From positions 682,001-746,000 of the forward strand of contig VRMN01000001.1 in NCBI GenBank assembly GCA_008690995.1: DNA of 64,000 nucleotides, written 5' to 3'. Positions 46,801 to 53,810 of this stretch are shown here, one piece after another; the first letter of the stretch is position 1; each line of letters begins with the position of its first letter. The DNA is from Porphyridium purpureum (taxonomy: Eukaryota). A model generated the notes under the pieces. That model searched no databases, had not been told where the DNA came from, and saw only the letters and a program-made list of their open reading frames with translations. The translations under genes were made by a program, and so were the position numbers.

Positions 46801-47031
46801 ATAGAGATGGGGTACTCGCCAAAGTTGCATCATATGGCGATAACCCGAGCAACAGATTTGGCCTGGTTGCATCAGGTGTGCGAAAAGCAGAAACTTGTGA
46901 AACTGGCATTTGTGAAGACGGACGAAAATGTGGCGGACTTAATGACCAAGGCCTTATTTCCGGAGGGCCACATTAAGTGCTGGGAGAAGTTACGCGTCCC
47001 TCAGACCGGAAGGAGGAGCGTGGAATTTTAG
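43819..47031 (+). CDS. pol: Pol polyprotein: protease - integrase - reverse transcriptase - RNase H (reached by -1 frameshift)
   Basis: PR LIDSGASHNF, DAILGWKWL. IN HELTH..CETC, IDLV, RTDDGNEF, QERF, PFGC..KYAPRG..GILVG. RT KCRLVAGG, FDISSAYL, KALYGL, LYVDDGL. RH YTDADFAG, STSESEL, CDNQA, ENVADLMTK. Confidence 0.95.
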   Translation, partial: GKLRPREPRQEEISRGMEPPVMGVVEGVAHEGARSRLFYKHGKVSGSKIDFLIDSGASHNFLGSRFLDASVKSSCDECMVELAGGQRMKVHGPIVLAVDLGFWIGNVEFYIGPIRMDAILGWKWLKMVNPKIDWQKGLMETRPEGKEICTLENVEEVVPELDGKNQSVAASEHELTHMPMQRDCETCVVAKIKRRPARRLEKDVSALSFNDEVGIDLVEPGRNVKSVDGSKFILTHIDRATGWVTLAGLRAKTHTAVADAWKSVQAGRGWPKVLRTDDGNEFKGDVGRLVREHLIKHEVGIPYRPNSHAEQERFHHTLNQGIRANLVQAGLGKRWFMHAAQHFAFMTNRLHVGRKSGKTPFELRHGEKWSPRNLSLPFGCKVVYKDDQPDNKYAPRGKVGILVGVGEHPMAILVLPRDDWTSETPKVIRTQDFKAFTHEFPLKGIEREVVSLSQQEELPEVDEPSAVEAVQDLDRRIDALRAREAELEKEIEALKVRVVDEERAAGTGGPVTIPQLNLTTLLKTGAALASEQGRAAMEKEVKSMLKFGVWDESPLTLEEARRQPGARFVRTHFIFGLKFAEMPEEFRKVKCRLVAGGNRIWGSDGAATNDIFDYETPAGLSAIRMIIAVAAILGLQIVSFDISSAYLHADLSGPPTFAYLPREICDSKDTVVRLRKALYGLPRSGSDFSQDARRRLQKFQWKLVHGEKNVYVRRNAASSSVALLALYVDDGLLACREEERPGIIEELKQEFLIEKAPELLTEGGSLRFLGTSISLKNGSVSLANQEYQDVVIREFEQDIRRVLRAVKSPSEKLDGEEVLNYQVIWKTLKVREHVGRLMWLARTVRPDIAYAVGMIARYVDKWNVAAERLLVRVVQYLKTPREALEYHVLGNLKEGIRGVNILGYTDADFAGCPESRVSTSGRATYLVAGDYKYLVDWSSRKQRFVSSSTSESELAALEETVQLSLFPALSFLRSIRDGEFSVILMCDNQAVMRAIEMGYSPKLHHMAITRATDLAWLHQVCEKQKLVKLAFVKTDENVADLMTKALFPEGHIKCWEKLRVPQTGRRSVEF
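47008..47018 (+). promoter_or_regulatory. Polypurine tract
   Basis: GGAAGGAGGAG immediately upstream of the 3' LTR. Confidence 0.88.
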
Positions 47032-47815
47032 GGTTCCGCCCCGAGAGACGCCGTAGGGTTTTGAGTACAAAACCCTAGAAAGTTCTATGATGAAAGATTG
47101 TTCGAGAAGCGTGATGATCTCGGACCTGCGAAATGTTTGTCATTGTCGTTTTGTGTGGCCTTGTGCAAAGGTCAAAGGCCGGCCGAAGCTTCTGGATTCG
47201 TTCTTGACGCGCCCTCCCGGCCATTTTCCGGATACGTGGCCGGCTGTGGTTGCGAGTTGTGGAACGAATCAAAACCTGTGGTGGAAATTCGTCCTGTTGG
47301 AGAAATTTGTTCTCCCGTCCTTGCTGGAAAGAGCAAGGACGAAGGGTATAAAAGGACGAAGGGGCAAGCTGGTTCCCAGGAATTTCCAGGTCAAGGTAGA
47401 AGAAGAGGTAAGGGCAAATAGAATAAAAAGAGAATTGGTTAGTTGGATTGAGGCAGTCGTTGGAAGACTTGGGTTGGATTTGCGGGAGAGGCACGCTAGC
47501 GTGTTGTGCGAGCGGATATCGGTCTGGAGTGTTTTTAAAAAGGCAGCTGGGGTTTAAACGTACCTTCCATCACCCTTCACTTGTCAAGACCGGTCCACTC
47601 CCTCTCGTAGTCCCCTATAAGTTGAATTTTCTGTCCTCTCTTCCTTTCTAGCCACTTTTCTCTGATTGTCCTGCTTGTCCTTCCGTTCGTTTCGGTGTGT
47701 CGGTTCGTCGTCGGTTTGTCAGTTTCCGGGGTGTGGCGGTTTCCAGTTCCTGTTATCGGTGAAGCGATCCGGTTTTGTTGATTCGGTTACAAAGCAGAAA
47801 GGGAGAAATTCCAAG
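47019..47815 (+). repeat. 3' LTR
   Basis: Direct repeat of 42055-42851 at offset 4964. Confidence 0.96.
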
Positions 47816-48607
47816 GTAGTTGTTGTTTGTTGTAGTAGTGATAGTAGTGAGAGAATGGATTCGATGAGGTACTGTCATTTTGGTGAGAGAACTAGGAAAC
47901 GTGGTGTGCGCGATGGTGGAGAAGAAGAAGGGGGTGGGTGTGGGTGTGGGTGAGGGGGGGATGAGTGAGTGTCTGTGTGGATGGTAAAGGGGTTCACGGT
48001 GAGCTGAATCGACGGCGCGGCGTGCGGCAGGGGGAAAGGTGGGGTGGGAACTGTCCGGCGGGTGTGGCATTCACGCAGCCCGCGGGCTCCGGCGTCGCGC
48101 AGATCTACAGCGTGAGGTAATGCGCCACGTGCGTGCAGCGGCGTTCGTGTGACCAAAGCGGTTCGCCCGCGCGGCTTCGGGAAAAAGAGGGCAGAACAGT
48201 AAAGGCGTCTGGTGAGGCTTACGCGGTACAAACGTGCATCAGACTGAGAGAAGGAGCCTGGCGCGGGGGTTTGTGGGGGTTCCAGACGTCTGCGTTGAGA
48301 CGAGGAAGCGCTGACTTCATCGGCTGCTCGCGGGGACCGCAGTTCTAGGAGCTTCGGTTCATGCAGGCCAGGGGGTGCCTTGTGTTTCCGTGCATCGGCG
48401 TGCAGAACAAGGATTTGAAGGTTACCGCTCAGAAGTGAGGAGATAGGCCTCGTTGGCTCCACCAGGAGCGTAGGACGCTCGTGCTGACTGACTTGCGAGG
48501 AGGGCTGCTCTCCAGGCTTTTTGAACTTTACTCGGCGCATCATCTGTTTTGGACAAATCAAATTCAGGTGGAAGGCCCACAATAAGTTTCTTCAAGAGAG
48601 AAGAGCG

Positions 48608-51028
48608 ATGAGTCATTATGCTAAACAGCCCGACGCTGTTGCAGATTCGCAGTGCGAAACGGAAACAGCGATCAGTGCGCACAAGGAAAAGAATGCCGCC
48701 GCGGAACAGGCGGACGAGCATCATGAACAAAACCGTCTTTCCCATAACCAAGCTTGCTTTGGAGCAAGCGGCGCCTCTTCTGTCGAGGAAGTTGGGCACA
48801 AGCCTCAAAGTAATGGGGAAATGTCGACTGCCGTGGGCACAGATGAAACGGCCGATATAGAGGAGCACGAGAACGGAACGGTCTCGGGGGCCCCGGCAAA
48901 AGTGCCGTCCCCAAAGCAAGAGCGGGCTCTTGAAACGCTGGTGGAAGAGCAACGGCCTTTCTCGGCCGTGACACCAGATAAGGCCTCGAGTCCTGCGACG
49001 GTACCGACCGACGTAGTTGGGGGCCAGCAGGACCTCGAGGCACATGGCAGTGGAGCTCGCATGAAAGTTTGGATTCCTATTGACAGAGTCGGTCTTTTGA
49101 TCGGCCAAAAGGGCTGCATGATACGAACCCTGCAGGAGCGCTCTGGTGCGGTGATCACGGTGCATAATGATCGCGTGGACGAGGTGAACAGAATGAAACT
49201 TGTCACAATCTCTGGCGCGCGGGCGAGTGTCAATACAGCGCGCGGTCTGATCGACAATATAATGTCGCGCCCGGCTCCGCTCGGCGTGCGGTCAACACCT
49301 CAAGGTATTGTTCCATCGAGCCCTTCTGCTGCCTCGTTGATGTCACCATATCCTGGCATGGCGACACCGGTTCCGATTTTGCCTCCGTTCTATCTGCAAC
49401 CGCCGGAAGATACAACCAGCGCTTCGCCCGGTATGCCAATGAATGAGGGAGGGAGAAGAAGACCGCACCAGCCTCAGCAGCACGTTCAGCAATGGATGGA
49501 TCCAATGATGCATGCATATTATGGGGCGGTTGCAGCCGCGCCGAGCGGGTTTCCCAGTGCGCCTTACGCGGCCTACACAAATGCGCTATATGGAGGAATG
49601 GCGTACCCGGGGATGGGGATGAGCTTGGGGATGCCTGGTGGTGAGTCAAGGACAGGGTCAAGCCCGGGCATGCGTGCAAGGTCTTATACGGGATTGTCTG
49701 GAAACATGAGTTCAGCTGCTCAGTCGCCACATATGGCATTAACCTCGCGGCAAGTGCTGATACCAAATTCATCCGTAGGCGTGGTTATAGGCAAGGGCGG
49801 TGAGGCCATCAAAACGCTTCAGAACCGATCTCGCGCGTTGATCAAAGTCACTCCCGATAGTCGCGCGGATAAGAGCATCAGTGAGCGTGTCGTGACGATT
49901 TGCGGGACAGCAGAAGCAATCGAGGCGGCTGAGCGAATGCTGATGGAATTAATTTCCGAGCACGTCCAGCGGAAGCAGCAGCGCGGCTGGAGAAAGGGGA
50001 CCGCCGATCTTGGAGGGGATGATGAGCGTTTGGAGGCAGATGTCCGCGACTTGTCGCTCTCGGAACGGAATCTGTCCGACACGAGTGCAACAAACACAGT
50101 CGGGACACCTGCAAGTCCATCAGCGCCTGGTTTGCAGCAGCAGCAGCAGCAGCAACAACAACAACAACAACAACAGCAACAGCAGCAGGAGTACCAGGAG
50201 CAGCAGTTGCAAGATCCTGATGCTGCTCATGCTCAGCAGTGGTACTACCACAATGCAATGAATAATCAAGGTTTTGATCCAGGCACACCGGCCAGTGTTG
50301 AACAGCTTGAGCAGTTCCAGCTCCAACAGCAGGCAAACATGTACTACGGGTTCATGCCATACTATGGGGGCGGCGGTGCAGCATCGCAAGTGCTCCCTGC
50401 CAGTATGCTGGTCCCGAGCGACAAGGTCGGTTTGATCATCGGTCGCGGAGGCGCGACTATTCGAGACATTCAACAACGCGCACAAGTCCGTGTTGTAGTA
50501 GGCAGGGAAGGGGAGTCGCGTGATCCGCGCTTTCGAATTCTTTCTATATCAGGCTCGGTGCCCGCAGTAGAGTATGCGAAGCACCTAATCATGGAAGCGC
50601 TTCACGGAGCTCGGGATGGTTCATTGAATGCCGCGAAGCGTTTTCACGAAGAGGAGACCAAGTATCAGACAGGCGGCGGCGGAAGCAGCAGAGGAGGAGC
50701 ATATGAGGGCGGCGGCGGTCCGCAGGGCGGAGAAACGCACTACATGGGAGCGCCGGGGTACATGGGATTTTCATCAGAGTATTCCGGCTTGATCCCACCG
50801 GCAACTGGTGCTGCCGGCGGTGATCCGTCTGATCCGTCTCATGCTAGATTTTTGCCTGGCGGTATGATGATGTACCCGCCACAGGAATACATGCAGTACA
50901 TGTATGGTTACATCCCGACCATGCCACCAGTTACGCACAGCAGCGGCGGGGAAATGAAGTATCCTTCCGAGGTCATCGAGGGCTTCGCCTCTGCACCGCA
51001 GTCGGAGCTCGGTCAAGACGATGAATGA
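48608..51028 (+). CDS. KH-domain RNA-binding protein (3 KH domains, FUBP-like)
   Basis: VGLLIGQKG, VGVVIGKGGEAIK, VGLIIGRGGATIR; Tyr/Gly/Pro-rich linkers. Confidence 0.92.
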   Translation: MSHYAKQPDAVADSQCETETAISAHKEKNAAAEQADEHHEQNRLSHNQACFGASGASSVEEVGHKPQSNGEMSTAVGTDETADIEEHENGTVSGAPAKVPSPKQERALETLVEEQRPFSAVTPDKASSPATVPTDVVGGQQDLEAHGSGARMKVWIPIDRVGLLIGQKGCMIRTLQERSGAVITVHNDRVDEVNRMKLVTISGARASVNTARGLIDNIMSRPAPLGVRSTPQGIVPSSPSAASLMSPYPGMATPVPILPPFYLQPPEDTTSASPGMPMNEGGRRRPHQPQQHVQQWMDPMMHAYYGAVAAAPSGFPSAPYAAYTNALYGGMAYPGMGMSLGMPGGESRTGSSPGMRARSYTGLSGNMSSAAQSPHMALTSRQVLIPNSSVGVVIGKGGEAIKTLQNRSRALIKVTPDSRADKSISERVVTICGTAEAIEAAERMLMELISEHVQRKQQRGWRKGTADLGGDDERLEADVRDLSLSERNLSDTSATNTVGTPASPSAPGLQQQQQQQQQQQQQQQQQQEYQEQQLQDPDAAHAQQWYYHNAMNNQGFDPGTPASVEQLEQFQLQQQANMYYGFMPYYGGGGAASQVLPASMLVPSDKVGLIIGRGGATIRDIQQRAQVRVVVGREGESRDPRFRILSISGSVPAVEYAKHLIMEALHGARDGSLNAAKRFHEEETKYQTGGGGSSRGGAYEGGGGPQGGETHYMGAPGYMGFSSEYSGLIPPATGAAGGDPSDPSHARFLPGGMMMYPPQEYMQYMYGYIPTMPPVTHSSGGEMKYPSEVIEGFASAPQSELGQDDE
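50135..50188 (+). repeat. CAG/CAA repeat encoding Q18
   Basis: Read directly inside the KH protein. Confidence 0.95.
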
Positions 51029-51291
51029 GAAATTCAGGGTTCAAAGTTGTATGGGGACGTGTGATCTCGCGGGTGTGTGTGCCTGTGTGTAGATGTAAGT
51101 ACTCATGCATAAGCACGCTACGCACATGCGCCCGCCGTCTCACAGGAGCCGTGTACATAGAGACAAAAGGCGGGCTACTGGCTAGCAGTAGCTGCATGAA
51201 CAGGAATTTAATAGAGGTACTAGTACAGTAGAATTAATCATTTGAACGGAGTTGCTCCAGGACCAAGTGTGCACGACTTTTGAGGGTCTCA

Positions 51292-52572
51292 TCAAAACGA
51301 TGTGCCAGTGGACGCTTTGTCTGCTGGCAGCTGCTCCGTCATTTTGAGTGCCTCATCAAGGGTGCACTCCTTTTGAAAATCGGCAGGGATCACATCGCAG
51401 ACGCGTCGCTCGAACGACGCGAAGTCTTCAAGCAGCTGCTCCTCACCGTTGTACACGACCCGTACAAAGAATGAACCGCGATTCTGCTGGTTTTCCAGCA
51501 ATTCAATTGCGACGTATGCAGCAAAGGGCGGCCACTTTCCGTCAAAAACACGGAGCGCGACCAGGATTGGCACCAAAGTCGTGTCGTGTGCGGAGTACAG
51601 ATACATGGACTTGGCGTCACTCATCGCGGTGATCTTTTCCCGCATGTTTTCCAGGAATTCGCGTATCTGCCTGCCGATCGCAAGACGCACTGTCTCGCGC
51701 TGGTTCTCGGTCTCTGCGACAAACAGCTCCTCGAGCTGCCACTCTGCCAAGCGCGCGACCTTATTGCTCAGCTCATGGTCCCAGCCTTCAGGCAGCGGAA
51801 TACCATGAGTCATTCGAGCAACAAGGCTATCACGAAGTTTAATATGGCGCACGTCCAAATCGTGCTCCATGCGATTCGCCATCATCTTGCGCACCTCTTC
51901 TTCGTCTGGATGCTGATTGAACCTTTGCTTGGCGCGCTTGAAGAGCAAGCGCAATTTGTCGCATGTCTTTTCGTGTGGAATCAGCGTTTCATGCTCCGGC
52001 TGATGCACAAATACTTCCGCAACACACTGACCCGTACTGTCGTCGTCGAACAATCCTCGGAGCACGCCCTGGGCAGACTGCACTGCGCGAGTCATGAACG
52101 TAGAACGCACGCGCACCTGCTGCGGGTCGTAGCGCGCCGAAATGAGAGCGTGTTTCTCGACATACTCCTTCCGCAAAGTATAACCGAGCTCATACGTTTG
52201 CAAGGCGCCTAGGACCGTCAACTGGCCAGGCTTGCAGTTGCCCACGATGGACGTGACGTCGGTATCGATGGACCTGGACGACCTTGACTTCCAGACATTT
52301 GGCGGCGGATGACCATCTACGCCGCAGATCTTGACGGGAGCAAACAGCTCGTGGTACTTATGCTCGTGGCACTCGTCCCAGCGCACGTGGAAATCGTGGT
52401 GATGCGGACTGCCCATCGGCTGCAATGGCGTGCGCGCGCCATGGCGAAACACGACATTGGCCTGCACGACTTTGAGCTGCTCGCGCGGCGGCAGTGCCTC
52501 CAGACACGTGACGCGGTCTTGGTACACCGTGCCGCTGGCCAGTATACAAATCACACCAAGTCTTCGCTTCAT
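51292..52572 (-). CDS. ACP6: Histidine acid phosphatase, ACP6-like
   Basis: VFRHGARTP, GQLT..G, RST...RAVQSA, LYSAHDTT, WPPFAA. N-terminus uncertain. Confidence 0.88.
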   Translation of the reverse strand: MKRRLGVICILASGTVYQDRVTCLEALPPREQLKVVQANVVFRHGARTPLQPMGSPHHHDFHVRWDECHEHKYHELFAPVKICGVDGHPPPNVWKSRSSRSIDTDVTSIVGNCKPGQLTVLGALQTYELGYTLRKEYVEKHALISARYDPQQVRVRSTFMTRAVQSAQGVLRGLFDDDSTGQCVAEVFVHQPEHETLIPHEKTCDKLRLLFKRAKQRFNQHPDEEEVRKMMANRMEHDLDVRHIKLRDSLVARMTHGIPLPEGWDHELSNKVARLAEWQLEELFVAETENQRETVRLAIGRQIREFLENMREKITAMSDAKSMYLYSAHDTTLVPILVALRVFDGKWPPFAAYVAIELLENQQNRGSFFVRVVYNGEEQLLEDFASFERRVCDVIPADFQKECTLDEALKMTEQLPADKASTGTSF

Positions 52573-52832
52573 GACCGCTCACCGCTTGCCCTTCGTCCGC
52601 GATCACAATCCTCGTCCACTGCCGCCACGGCCGACCACAAACCCGCGGCAATGCGGTACAGTGCACAGAACATCAACGGTACGTACTGTACTTCAGGTTC
52701 TGCGGCTGTCATTTTGGGAATGGCTTCCACACCAGTGGCTGTGTGGCGAAGGAGATTGCGCGATGTGGTTTTGGGGGGGGGGGGCACAAAGAGACGCGAG
52801 GCGAGGAGGACGGCGGCAAAGGACGTCTGAGC

Positions 52833-53609
52833 ATGGAGGCGCGGGACGCGAGAACGAGAGCACCAGCTGCATTTCTTGGAGCGCACGCAGGCGTGGCTCT
52901 GCGCTCAATCCAGGATGAGCGCGCAGCGCCGCGTGATGCTGGCAAACGCGCTACGCGCGCCGGCGTGAGAAGGGATGGTGTGAAGATGCAGAGTGGCAGC
53001 AGGAGTCGCGTGGACTGTGCAGAACGCGTGAGTAGGAGGCGCTTCATAGACGCGCTGGTCGTGGTGCCGGCGGCGATTCTCGCCGGCGGTGGAGGAGCGA
53101 TAGGACGTCCAGCGTATGCCGCCACAAAGGACGCGAACAAGGAGCTGCTCGAGTGCTTGACCAATGTGGTACAAAGCCAGCGCTCTCTGAAAAAGGCCTC
53201 TGTGTATCTTGACAAGGCAAATTGGGACAAGGCGCGCACGTACGTCGTCTACTGCACGCGCAAGCTGCGGTTGCGCTCGAGCATGAAGAAGGGCGCAGAA
53301 CTGATGGCGGACCAGAGCAAGTTTGTCGACGCCATGGAATGCGCTGCAGAGCTGGATAACATCCTCACACAGCTGGATGCGTCCATCTATACCGCGATCT
53401 TCATCCCGCCTGGGCTGGACGACGACGGCTTTGAGATCCTCGCACCGGAGGCGCTTCGATACCAAGCCGAAGGTCGCGCATACTACGCCGAGGCCATGTC
53501 GTTTCTGGACACGTATGTCTCGCTGTTCCCCGCGGAGCTCGTGAGCAGCGCGCGCGAGCGCGCGCGCACGCGCCAGGAGGTCATCGACATGACGGAGCTA
53601 ACGGCTTAA
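52833..53609 (+). CDS. Thylakoid lumen protein with Tat signal, possibly PsbQ-like helical bundle
   Basis: MEA..AAFL transit peptide, SRRRF, hydrophobic stretch, AYA cleavage site; helical mature part with WDKARTYV. Confidence 0.65.
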   Translation: MEARDARTRAPAAFLGAHAGVALRSIQDERAAPRDAGKRATRAGVRRDGVKMQSGSRSRVDCAERVSRRRFIDALVVVPAAILAGGGGAIGRPAYAATKDANKELLECLTNVVQSQRSLKKASVYLDKANWDKARTYVVYCTRKLRLRSSMKKGAELMADQSKFVDAMECAAELDNILTQLDASIYTAIFIPPGLDDDGFEILAPEALRYQAEGRAYYAEAMSFLDTYVSLFPAELVSSARERARTRQEVIDMTELTA

Positions 53610-53810
53610 CAGCTAAACGGCGCGCCGAATAAAAATCACAATAAACATCCACTGTACCTGACGTACAGCCAGAAATGTTTCAAGAAGGGAGCGCGCGCGC
53701 GAGTGAAAGGATTTCGTGTGCGGAGCGCGCTTGAAGAGCCGCTTATAGTGTGGCGGTGTTTGTTTCGTGTCTTGCGTCTTGATTGAAGGCGGCGTGGAGT
53801 CAAATGCTCG

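Larger units (their letters stand above)
42055..47815 (+). mobile_element. Intact LTR retrotransposon (5761 bp): gypsy-like gag-PR with copia-like IN-RT-RH
   Basis: Two 797-bp direct repeats, GTAGT TSD (42050-42054, 47816-47820), PBS, PPT, uninterrupted gag and pol. Confidence 0.97.

Noticed and set aside
42057..47813. Canonical TG...CA element boundaries
   Set aside because: The flanks would be AGTCG and AGGTA with no TSD, and the LTR identity extends 2 bp further on both sides.
52773..52784. G12 run as a frameshift hiding a longer ACP6 N-terminus
   Set aside because: Cannot be resolved without reads, and both flanking genes have usable ATGs.
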